This document shows, piece after piece, positions 36,834-48,100 of a stretch of DNA of 64,000 nucleotides. The notes below the pieces were generated by a model. It did not search any database. It was not told the origin of the DNA and saw only the letters and a list, made by a program, of their open reading frames with translations. Position 1 is the first letter of the stretch, and every line of letters starts with the position of its first letter. The stretch spans positions 186,001 through 250,000 of IMG/VR virus record IMGVR_UViG_3300047510_001118. One strand, 5' to 3'. A program made the translations under genes and the position numbers.

Positions 36834-38231
36834 ATGCCATATGATACCCGAACGCCGGAAAATATTTCACCAGATTTTAAAGCCGGCCCCTACCTTGCTC
36901 GAATTATCAATAATTTTGATCCCAAATATATGGGAACCTTACAGGTTCAACTGCTTAGGGACGTAGGTAATATTCCTGAAAGTGAAGGCAGTCTTTTTCA
37001 AGTCAAGTATCTAAGCCCATTCTATGGAGTTACGGGTTTAGACCATGTAGGAAAAAATAACACCTACGGCGACACACAAAAAAGTTACGGAATGTGGATG
37101 ATTCCTCCTGATGTAGGAGTAGTAGTATTAGTAATGTTCGTTGACGGTGACCCTAAACAAGGCTATTGGATTGGCTGTGTTCAAGACGAGTTTATGAATT
37201 TTATGATTCCTGGTTTAGCGTCCACATCGTTAAAAGTTCCGTTCAACGCAGAAAAAGCGCCAGTCGCCGAATATAACAAAAAAATTAATCCAAACGAACA
37301 GGTTGATACAACATTAATTAAAAAACCAGAACATCCGTTTACTAATATATTAACTGAGCAAGGGTTACTCAGTGACGAAACAAGAGGTATTACAACTTCT
37401 AGTGCCCGTCGAGAAAGTCCCAGCAACGTATTTGGTATTAGCACACCTGGACCAGTTGATAGAACGTCATCGGGTACTAAAGGTAATATAGGTAGCAAAG
37501 AAAACAGAATAACCGGAGCATTTGTTAGTCGGCTCGGCGGCACTACTTTTGTTATGGACGACGGTGATGAAAACTTTTTAAGAAAAAAATCTGCCGGGGA
37601 AGATAAACCAGAGTATGCCAGCGTAGAAAATGATGAAAAAGGAGGAGATCCTAAGATACCTCACAACGAGCTAGTGCGTATAAGAACACGTACTGGTCAT
37701 CAAATACTTTTACATAATTCAGAAGACCTAATCTATATTGGAAATGCCAAAGGTACAACTTGGATAGAACTAACCAGTAACGGTAAAATAGACATCTATG
37801 CCAAAGACAGTGTCAGCGTTTACAGTGAAAATGATATTAATTTTACAGCGAAACGAGATATAAATCTTACAGCAGAAACAGGAAATGTTAACATCAACGC
37901 CAGCGTTAATTTTAATGTAACTGCGGGCACTAACTATGAAATCAAAGCAGGTGCCGACGGCAAATTAACAGTTGGCGGCAACAGCAACATTAAAGCCGGC
38001 GGCAATCATGTAGAAACAGCGTCTAACATTCATATGAATGGCCCAGCAGCCGCTACAGCCCAAACTGCTCCAAAAGCCAATCGAGTTCCTAAACATGAGC
38101 CTTGGCCAGGACATGAAAATCTAAATCCTAAAAATTTTACTGCTGACAAAACAAGAGCAAAATTAACACCAGATGTTCCAGCAGAACAGTTTCCTAAGAT
38201 ACTAGATACATTCAAAAAAATAGGAAAATAA
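36834..38231 (+). CDS. gp5: Baseplate central spike (gp5/VgrG-like OB-fold plus beta-helix; no lysozyme domain)
   Basis: GPYLARI....DP..MG.LQV, SYGMW..PPD.G..VLV.F..GD...GYW.GC, RIRTRTGHQILLH, beta-helix repeats. Confidence 0.8.
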   Translation: MPYDTRTPENISPDFKAGPYLARIINNFDPKYMGTLQVQLLRDVGNIPESEGSLFQVKYLSPFYGVTGLDHVGKNNTYGDTQKSYGMWMIPPDVGVVVLVMFVDGDPKQGYWIGCVQDEFMNFMIPGLASTSLKVPFNAEKAPVAEYNKKINPNEQVDTTLIKKPEHPFTNILTEQGLLSDETRGITTSSARRESPSNVFGISTPGPVDRTSSGTKGNIGSKENRITGAFVSRLGGTTFVMDDGDENFLRKKSAGEDKPEYASVENDEKGGDPKIPHNELVRIRTRTGHQILLHNSEDLIYIGNAKGTTWIELTSNGKIDIYAKDSVSVYSENDINFTAKRDINLTAETGNVNINASVNFNVTAGTNYEIKAGADGKLTVGGNSNIKAGGNHVETASNIHMNGPAAATAQTAPKANRVPKHEPWPGHENLNPKNFTADKTRAKLTPDVPAEQFPKILDTFKKIGK

Positions 38232-38241
38232 ATAATAAACT

Positions 38242-38679
38242 ATGGCAACTACAATAACCGGTAAAAAAGTAATTCCTTCTTATCAAAATTCTGATCTCGC
38301 TCCTACCGGACGAGCATATCGCGGAATAAGCACAGTTGCCAATGTCAAGGGCAGTTATACTATTTTTGATTTAAATTTAATCAAACAAGATATTTTAAAT
38401 CATTTACATATTCGTCAGGGTGAACGTTTAGAAAATCCTAATTTTGGTTGTATTATTTGGGATTTATTATTTGACCCCCTAACTGATGATTTAAAAGATT
38501 TAATCGCACAAAACGTCACAGAGATTATGAACTACGACCCGCGAGTAAAGGTTGATAGTTTAATAGTCAGTCAATACGAGAGCGGAATTCAAGTTGAATG
38601 CGAGCTTACATACTTGCCTTACAACATATCAGAAGCATTGAGATTCCGCTTTGATCAAGACAACAATATCCTAAACTAA
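38242..38679 (+). CDS. gp25: Baseplate wedge protein gp25
   Basis: D..LIKQD.LNHL.IR.GER..NP.FG..IWDLLF.P, I...DPRV. Confidence 0.9.
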   Translation: MATTITGKKVIPSYQNSDLAPTGRAYRGISTVANVKGSYTIFDLNLIKQDILNHLHIRQGERLENPNFGCIIWDLLFDPLTDDLKDLIAQNVTEIMNYDPRVKVDSLIVSQYESGIQVECELTYLPYNISEALRFRFDQDNNILN

Positions 38680-38684
38680 AAATT

Positions 38685-38713
38685 AACTGCCCACTTTATG
38701 AATACAATAAATA
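38685..38713 (+). promoter_or_regulatory. Late promoter with upstream box
   Basis: AACTGCCCA-N14-TAAATA upstream of gp6. Confidence 0.75.
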
Positions 38714-38731
38714 TAGTATCGAGGGCAGAAT

Positions 38732-41700
38732 ATGGCAAGTGTAGATAGACAAAATAAATTAATAGCCGCAGAAGATTGGAAAAAAGTATACCAGTCTTTT
38801 AAGAACGCAGACTTTAAATCCTACGACTTTGATAACCTACGTCGTACAATGATCACGTATCTGCGTGAAAATTATCCAGAAGATTTTAACGATTATATTG
38901 AGTCAAGTGAGTACTTGGCCCTTATTGACCTTATTGCTTTCCTAGGTCAAAACCTAGCATTTAGATTTGATTTAAATGCTCGAGATAACTTTTTAGAACT
39001 GTCAGAACGCCGTGAAAGTGTACTGCGTCTAGCACGTCTTTTGTCTTATAACCCTAAACGCAATCAATCAGCAAACGGGCTATTAAAATTTACAGCAATT
39101 TCTACAACAGAATCTGTTGTAGATAGTAACGGTCGAGATATTTCAGGACAAACTATTGTTTGGAACGACAGTGCCAATGCTAACTGGTACGAGCAGTTTA
39201 TTAAAGTAATTAATGCTTCCTTGCCAGAAACAAGTCAGTTTGGGTTACCTCAGGATTCTGCTACTATCAGCGGAGTTCCAACTCAGCAATATAGATTTAA
39301 TGCGTCAAACACAGAAATACCTGTCTACGGTTTTAGCAAAAACATCGATGGCCGAAACATGGACTTTGAAATAGTGTCTACGGTATTTGCCGGCAGCAAT
39401 AAGATCTATGAAGAAGCACCATTTCCAACAAATAGTCTAGCGTTCCTACACCGAGATGATGGCGGCGGTCCAGCCAGTAGCAACACAGGATTTTTTGTAC
39501 ACTTCCGTCAAGGTACACTACAAGAAAGTACATTTGCTATTGATCGTCCAAGCACCAGCGAGACAGTTGATATCAACACACAAGAAATCAATAATTCAGA
39601 TATTTGGTTGTATTCTTTAAATTCAATCGGTTTTGAAAACGAACTATGGACTAAGGTTGATGCTGTAGAAGGCAACAACATCATCTATAATAGCATTAGC
39701 AAAAATATAAGAAACATTTACAGCGTTCTTACACGTTCATTAGACAGAGTAAGGTTAATTTTCTCTGACGGTGTGTTTGGTAATTTACCTCAGGGAAATT
39801 TTAAAGTTTATTATAGAACTAGTAATGGTTTGAGTTACTCAATAAATCCAGCAGATGTACGCAATGTGACTATTGATATTCCTTATATCAGTCGAGTAGG
39901 TAAACGAGAAATTGTAACAATTACTTTAGGATTAAAATATACAGTGGCAAACGCCACAGCCGCTGAAACCACAGACAGCATTAAAACAAATGCTCCGGCT
40001 ACTTATTACACACAGAATCGCATGATCACTGGAGAGGATTATAATGTTTTTCCTCTTAGTGTAAATCAAGAAATTGTTAAAATTAAATCAATTAACCGCA
40101 TTAGTAGTGGTATTAGTAGGTATTTTGATTTAAAAGATGCCTCAGGAAAATACAGTACAACAAATCTATTTGGCACCGACGGTGTGCTTTACAAAGAACA
40201 GACTAATGACTCATTTACTTTTACAGTAGCAACTAGAACCGACATCGAAAGCGTTATTCGTAATCAAGTCGAGCCGTTATTGTCGTCACGTAAGATTAAA
40301 GATTTTTATATTGATAACTTTCCTAGTATTAACCAAGGACCAAACTTCCACTCGTTTTATCAACAGACCAGTGCCGTTAATCTATGTACCGGGTATATTG
40401 GAGATCCATCTAGTGCCGCAATTAAAAAAGTAGGAACTTTCACATCTTCAAATTTAAGATTTATTACGCCTGGCGCAATAGTAAAATTTATTCCTAGAGA
40501 GGGATACCTTTTCACTAAAGATAACGAAGAAGTTTTGATAGCAGATGCCGATAAAGAAGCCAAATCTTATATTTGGACAAAAATAATCAATGTTGTTGGA
40601 GACGGCACAGCCTCTGGTACAGGACTATTGCCCAACGGTCAAGGACCAATTACGTTTAATGACATTGTACCATCAAACGCTGTTATGGATTTAACATACT
40701 CTAAATTTGTAACAGGATTAGAAACTAGTGTTAGAAATAGAGCCATTGATCTTATTTTTGCTAATAAAGAATTTGGCTTTAGATATGATTCGAATTCTTC
40801 TTCGTGGAAAATTATCACAGACGCAAACTTAGATAAGAAGAACGAGTTTAGTCTAGGAAAATCAGGCGACGCAAGTAATCAACAATTAGATGCTAGTTGG
40901 TTAATTCTTTTTGAAACCAACGGGGAAACCTATACTGTAACTGTTAGAGGTACACGATACGTGTTTGAAAGTGAAAAAGAAATACGCTTTTTCTATGACA
41001 GTTCAGATAAAGTATACGATAGTAACACAGGAAAAATTGTTAGAGATAAAGTTGTAGTTTTAGGTATTAATACTAAACCATCAGACATTGCTCCTATTAA
41101 TCAAGATATTGATTGGGAAATAGTCGATGATTATAAAGGCGCCGACGGATATATCGACAGTAAAAAAATATCAATAAGTTTTTATGACAATGACGAAGAC
41201 GGTGTTATAGACAACCCAGAAATTTTTGATATAGTAGTTGCTCCTGATACTGCTCTATTAGTAGACCGATACGTTTTTCAAAAGAGTCGTGTAAGCATTG
41301 ATGGTGTTACAGATTATTATTACATCAAAAACGAAAATGATTTAATTAAAATATTTCAAACACAAAATGCTGTTGATCCTAACACGTTAGTAGATCAACA
41401 ATTAATTTATATTATTGAAGAAAACTTAGTTAAAATTTTTAATAAGTCAAGTATTACATATACAGTAACAACTGATTATAAAGCGTTTATAGGTAGAGAT
41501 GAGTTAAAATTTCAATATATTCATGCCGCAGATGAAAGTTCTAGAATAGATCCGTCGTCTACAAATATTGTTGATGTGTTTATGTTAACTAAGTCATATG
41601 ACACTAATTACCGTAGATGGCTCAACGGTGACATTGCTACAAAACCGTTGCCACTAAGCAGTGATGCTTTGTTTATTAACTTTGGCAGCGACCTTAATAA

Positions 41701-42166
41701 GATTAAAGCAATGAGTGACGAGATCATTTATCACCCAGTAAAATATAAAAATTTATTCGGATCTAAAGCAGATACTAGTCTACAGGCTATCTTTAAAGTT
41801 GTTAAAAATTCCTCAATGGTAGTCAGCGACAACGATATTAAAACCGGAGTAATCAACGCAGTCAACGAATTCTTTTCAATTGAAAACTGGGACTTCGGCG
41901 ATACTTTCTATTTTGGAGAATTAGCCACTTATGTTATGACTAAACTAACTCCTAAAATTGCTAATATTGTTTTAGTTCCAAAAAATCAAAATCTTGCGTT
42001 TGGTAGTTTGTATGAAATTAAATCAAACCCCGACGAAATTTTTGCTAGTTCGGCCACAGTTGAAAGTGTTGAAATCATTTCAGAGATTACTGCGGCAAGA
42101 CTCAATTCAAGTGGCACAGTATTAACAGCAGTGTCTAGTGGCACATCAAGTATTGAAAGTAATTAA
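38732..42166 (+). CDS. gp6: Baseplate wedge protein gp6-like, 1144 aa
   Basis: YDFD.LR..MI.YL....PE.FNDY.ESSE...LID..A, A.RRESVLRLAR..SY.P.R, AP..YYTQNRM.TGEDY. Confidence 0.85.
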   Translation: MASVDRQNKLIAAEDWKKVYQSFKNADFKSYDFDNLRRTMITYLRENYPEDFNDYIESSEYLALIDLIAFLGQNLAFRFDLNARDNFLELSERRESVLRLARLLSYNPKRNQSANGLLKFTAISTTESVVDSNGRDISGQTIVWNDSANANWYEQFIKVINASLPETSQFGLPQDSATISGVPTQQYRFNASNTEIPVYGFSKNIDGRNMDFEIVSTVFAGSNKIYEEAPFPTNSLAFLHRDDGGGPASSNTGFFVHFRQGTLQESTFAIDRPSTSETVDINTQEINNSDIWLYSLNSIGFENELWTKVDAVEGNNIIYNSISKNIRNIYSVLTRSLDRVRLIFSDGVFGNLPQGNFKVYYRTSNGLSYSINPADVRNVTIDIPYISRVGKREIVTITLGLKYTVANATAAETTDSIKTNAPATYYTQNRMITGEDYNVFPLSVNQEIVKIKSINRISSGISRYFDLKDASGKYSTTNLFGTDGVLYKEQTNDSFTFTVATRTDIESVIRNQVEPLLSSRKIKDFYIDNFPSINQGPNFHSFYQQTSAVNLCTGYIGDPSSAAIKKVGTFTSSNLRFITPGAIVKFIPREGYLFTKDNEEVLIADADKEAKSYIWTKIINVVGDGTASGTGLLPNGQGPITFNDIVPSNAVMDLTYSKFVTGLETSVRNRAIDLIFANKEFGFRYDSNSSSWKIITDANLDKKNEFSLGKSGDASNQQLDASWLILFETNGETYTVTVRGTRYVFESEKEIRFFYDSSDKVYDSNTGKIVRDKVVVLGINTKPSDIAPINQDIDWEIVDDYKGADGYIDSKKISISFYDNDEDGVIDNPEIFDIVVAPDTALLVDRYVFQKSRVSIDGVTDYYYIKNENDLIKIFQTQNAVDPNTLVDQQLIYIIEENLVKIFNKSSITYTVTTDYKAFIGRDELKFQYIHAADESSRIDPSSTNIVDVFMLTKSYDTNYRRWLNGDIATKPLPLSSDALFINFGSDLNKIKAMSDEIIYHPVKYKNLFGSKADTSLQAIFKVVKNSSMVVSDNDIKTGVINAVNEFFSIENWDFGDTFYFGELATYVMTKLTPKIANIVLVPKNQNLAFGSLYEIKSNPDEIFASSATVESVEIISEITAARLNSSGTVLTAVSSGTSSIESN

Positions 42167-42176
42167 AGGACAGTAA

Positions 42177-45100
42177 ATGGCATTTACTAAAGATCAAAAA
42201 GAACCAAAACTACCAATAGGTCAAGACAGCACTCGAAGTGCTTCAGATTTTTTACCTAGATATTTTAGAACAAATACTAATCGTAAAATATTAAACGGAA
42301 CACTTGATCAGTTAATATCTGTTGGTAATGTAGATAAAATTAATGCTTACATCGGTAGAAAATCTACCAAGGCGTATACGCCTACTGACAATTACTTAGA
42401 AGAAATATCTTTAGATCGTCAGTCATACCAACTTGAGCCTGCGATCTTAGTCAAAGACAAATTAGATAATGTAACATTTTTTAAAGATTACAACGATTAT
42501 ATTAATCAGTTACTATATTTTAATACTTTTGATATTGACCACGAGCTAACTAATAGCCAAGAATTTTACAGTTGGAATCCGCACATTGATTGGGACAAAT
42601 TTGTAAACTATCGTGAATATTATTGGCTACCAATGGGACCGCAGTCAATCGCAGTTAAAGGTCAGTCTAAAGACATTGTTAGCACATACTCGATTTCTTT
42701 AGTAGAAGATTCTGATAATTTTGCTTATATTTTTACTCCTGACGGACTGACACGTAATCCTACACTAAAACTTTACAGAGGTCAAACATATAATTTTGAC
42801 ATTGACTGTGAAGGACAGCCTTTAACTTTTTCTACTAATCGTTCTCAAGATATTACATTTGTCTATAAGGACGGTGTGACTAAAGATTCTGAATATGTTG
42901 AAAAAGGAACAATTACATTTAAAGTTCCTGACAATGCGCCTGATATTATCTATTATGTTAGTAAAAATAATATCAACACATCAGGATTTTTTAAAATATA
43001 TGACATTGAAGAAAATACAGCCATCGATGTTGAAAAAGAAATATTAGGTAAAAAAACTTACTTAATCGACGGAATAACTCCGCTGTCAAGTGGAATGAAA
43101 ATTAATTTTATTGGTAATGTTACCCCTGAAAAATACAGTACTGGATTTTGGTATGTAGAAGGCGTGGGAAATGCTATTAGATTAGTTGATTCAGTTACTC
43201 TTGAAAATCCTGGAGGATATACATTCAGTGAAGACATTGACTTTGATAGTGAAAAATTTGATACACAAGGATTTGACAGCAACAATAACTATCCTTCTAA
43301 CAAAGATTATATCACTATTAATAGATCAAGCCGAGATAGAAACCCGTGGTCAAGATATAATAGATGGTTCCACAAATCTGTTATCGAAACATCGGCAGCA
43401 TATAATAATCAACCTATAGATCTTGACCAAGAAGCAAGGGCTAAAAGACCTATTGTTGAATTTGATAGAGATATCCAACTTTGGAATTTTGGAGTAGAAG
43501 CAAAAAATTCAATAGACTTAATTGATTTATATACTAAAGATGTTTTTAGCACGGTAGAAGGATCATTTGGATTTAAAGTTGATGGTGTTTCGTTAGTCGA
43601 AGGCATGCGTGTATTGTTTGCCGCAGACACTGATAAAACAGTCAATGGTAGAATTTTTAAAGTAACATTTGTTACGCACCTAGGACAAAAAAGAATTTCT
43701 CTAATTGATGTTGATGATACAAATCCTATCGAAGGAGAAAGTGTATTAGTACTACAGGGAGATTTTTTAAAAGGAAAAACATTCCATTATTCGTCTGGTG
43801 TATGGAATTTAAGTCAAGAAAAGACTGGTCTTAATCAGCCACCGTTATTTGATACTGTTGATGTATCTGGAAATAGTTTTGGAGATCGATCTGTTTATAT
43901 CGGTTCTACTTTCCAAGGAACTAAAATTTTTAGTTATGCTGTAGGAGACGTACTAGATCCAGTGTTAGGCTTTAACATTGATTATCGCAATATTGGCAAC
44001 ATCGGAGATATTGTTTTTGATTTTAATTTACAAAAAGATCAGTTTACCTATCAAGGTGAAGTTGAATTAATTACAAAAAAATTAGATAGAGGTTATCTAA
44101 AGAAAAATATTTCTATTTCAACTTTTAATTTAATAAACGGTTGGGTTAAGGCAGAATTTAATTCTAAGCAACCAGTTATTCGTCAATACGACACAACAAC
44201 TCAAAACAATTTATTTGAAATTGATGTTTATAAAAATAGTGCCACACTAGACGATCTTGAAGTGTCAGTGTTTGTTGATGATATCAAACAGCCTTCTACT
44301 TCCTATGAAGTATATAGACAAAATAGCATAGCCTACATTCAATTTAACAGCGACTTAGACACGAACAGATCTGTAGTATTAGAAACACGGTCAGCGGCAA
44401 AGAAATTAAAAGATGTTGGTTATTATAAGTTTCCAAGCAATCTTGAAAGTAATCCTCAAAATTTAAGTCTTGACGATTTAACACTGGGAGAAATCACAAA
44501 TCATTTAAAAACTATTGTTGATAATTCTCCAAGTTTTTCAGGACAAATGCCAGGAATTAGTAATCTACGAGATATCGGAGATCAAACTGGATACGGTAGT
44601 CAAATAATTCAACACTCTGCTCCGTTGGCACCAATTATCTATTCTTTTACTAACAAAAATGTTAATATAATTAAGTCTCTAAGATATGCCAATGATGAAT
44701 ACTCAAAGTTTAAAAGAAACTTTATTAGAACTGCTACAACATTAGGATATGATGGGGAAACTCGAGATCATGTTGATTTAATTTTTAAAGAATTAAGAAA
44801 AAATTCTACTACATCATCACCATTCTATCTCAGCGACATGGTACCGTTTGGTGTAAACTTTATCTACGAACAAGAAATCATCGACGATAGTTTTACTGAT
44901 TATCCGTTGACATTTGATTTTAATTTAGAAACATTAAGTCGTAAATCAGTTTTAGTTTACTTAAACGACACATTATTATTATATGGTAGAGATTACATCT
45001 TTACAAATGACAGTTTTGTTAGATTGTTAGCCCCAATCACTACAGGTGACAATTTAAAGGTAGCACAATATGAAAACAGCCTTGGCTGCTGTGTTCCACC

Positions 45101-48100
45101 GACGCCTACTAAGTTAGGATTATATCCAAAATTTGAACCTAAAATTTTTATTGATAACACATATCAAACACCAACGTTGGTAATTCAAGGGCACGATGGC
45201 AGTATCACAGTAGCCTTTAATGATTATAGAGATAATCTAATATTAGAATTAGAATATAGAATTTATAATAATATTAAGAAAGAATATGATCCTTCATTGT
45301 TTGACATTAATAATTTCATTGAAGGCCACCATAGAAAAACTAACCTTTCAACTAATGAATTAAATCTTGCTTTAAGACAAGAATTTTTAACTTGGTTAGG
45401 TTTAACTAATAAAGATTATACAAAGCACGATTTCTTTGATAGAAATAATCCTTATACATTTAATTACAAGTCTTATTCAAGCTCTGACGGAACGCCATTA
45501 ATTGGATTCTGGAGAGGAATATACAAATATTTCTATGACACTGACAGACCGCACACACACCCATGGGAGATGTTAGGTTTTTCAAATAAGCCAACTTGGT
45601 GGGACAGTGTATATGGAATTGCGCCTTATACTAAAGATAATTTAATTTTATGGAATGATCTAAGAGATGGAATAATTAGAGAGCCTGGCATACTACCAAA
45701 ACAAAATAAAAAATACGTTAGGGAAGATTTATTAACTTATATTCCTGTTGATGCTGAAGGCAATCTTTTAAATCCTTTAGAAATTGGATTAGTAAGAAAT
45801 TATGTAGCAACGTCTGCTGAAAAAGAATTTACGTTCGGCGACTGGGCGCCTGTTGAAACTGCTTGGAGACGCGGCAGTCAATATCCGTTTGCTTTAATTA
45901 CAGCCTTAACACTGTTAAGACCTGCTCAAATGTTTGCTGTTTGCTTTGATAGAGAGCGTCAATATAGAGACGGAACAGGGCAAATTGTATATAAAATGCC
46001 AGCAGGAAATCTAAGATTTAATACAACTAATTTAGTCTTTCCTAATACAGTAAAAGAATCTGAAAATAGATTTACCAGTGGACTAATCAACTATATGTGC
46101 GATTATGCTATAAGTAAATCTTTTGGATTTTTAGAAGAGTTTAAAACTGAGTTATCAAGTTTACAAATAAAAATTTCTAGCAAGTTGGCAGGATTTACTA
46201 GCAAAGAAAAATTTAAACTTATTCTCGACAGCCGTAGTCCTTTAAATCAAGGAAATGTTTTTATACCGCAAGAGAATTATAATATAATTCTTAATACTAG
46301 CAGTCCTATTTTATCAATATCTTATAGTGGTGTAATTATTGAAAAAACATCTAGCGGTTTTGTAATCAATGGATATAATAAATCAAATCCTGACTTTAGA
46401 TATTTTAAACCATTAGATACAGTTTCAGACCCAACAGTTAATGTGGGCGGTATTTCAGAAACATATCTCGAGTGGACTTCGGGTAAAACATACACTAAAG
46501 GCCAAGTTGTAAGAGTTGATCAAAACTTTTATAGAGTAACGGCTTCTCATGATGGCGGCCCTTCTTTTGAATTAAAATATTTTGCTAAACTACCAGCACT
46601 ACCAATCGTGGGCGGCAGAGAAGTTATTATTAGAAGAAACTTTACCACAGAAGTTTCAACAATACACTACGGGGCCGAATTAAAAACAACACAAGAAGTG
46701 GTTGATTTTGTATTAGGTTACGGTAAATGGTTAGAAAGCCAAGGATTTATTTTTGACAGTTTTAATCCTGTAATTAAAACAGTTACAGACTGGCAAACTA
46801 GTGCCAAAGAGTTTGCCTTCTGGACAACTCAAAATTGGAGTACTGGATCTGTAATTACCCTAAGCCCAGCAGCCGAAGAAGTAACATTTGGAAAATTATA
46901 TGCGGTTGCTGACAGCATCTACGATCCGTTCTATGAATATACAGTGTTCAAACAAGACGGTCAAACATTAGATCCAAATTTTACAAATACTGTAAGAGAG
47001 AATAATTCTTTTAGTATCCGTCCTAAAGATACTGGAGATGGTGTTTATCACATTACATTAAATTTAATTCAAAAAGAACATGTGCTAATATTAGATGATG
47101 TTACGGTGTTTAATGATGTAATATACGATCAAACACAGGGATATAGACAGGATAGGATTAAAGTTGTAGGCTATAAAATATCAGACTGGAACGGCGATTT
47201 TGTTATTCCTGGATTTGTGTATGACAGAGCAGTATTAACTGAATGGAAACCTTGGAGAGATTATGCTCTAGGAGAAACTGTAAAATACAAAGAATTTTAT
47301 TACAGTGCTAGAAAAAATATTCCAGGAACTGAGCTATTCAACGACGACGAGTGGTACAGATTAAACGGTAAACCAGAAAGTAAATTAATTCCTAACTGGG
47401 ACTATCGTGCTACACAGTTTGAAGATTTTTATGATCTAGATACAGATAGTTTCGATGTTGATCAACAAAAGTTTGCTCAACATTTAATTGGTTATCAAAA
47501 GAGACAATATCTTGAAAACATTATCAATGATGATGTAAGCCAGTATAAGTTTTATCAGGGCATGATTCAAGAAAAAGGAACAAAGAATAGCCTTTCAAAA
47601 TTATTTGACGTATTAAGTTCTACAGATGCCGACAGCCTTGAATTTTATGAAGAGTGGGCAATTAGATTAGGTCAGTACGGAGCCAGCGAAGGATTTGAAG
47701 AAGTTGAGTATCTATTAGACGAGTCTCAATTTTTAATAAATCCACAGCCTATTGAATTAGTTGATTCAGTACCTCCGGGCGTGAATGATTTTGTCTACAG
47801 AATTACTAGAGATAAAGTTTATCTAAAACCAGACACATACGATCACAAACCTATTCCTACAGTTAGGTCTAAGAAAGAATATATTCCTACTGCTGGCTAT
47901 GTACATTTAGAAGATATAAAATATATTATAACTTCTAAAGATCAAATTGGTGACTATAATATCAATGATCTAAAAGAGGGCGATTATTTTTGGTTAGGAT
48001 TTGATAAAACATCTTGGAATGTTTACAGATTTACTCTAGTTGTTTCTTCAGTAAGATCCTTCCAAGAATTATCTAATCTAAGAATTAATTTTAATTCAGC

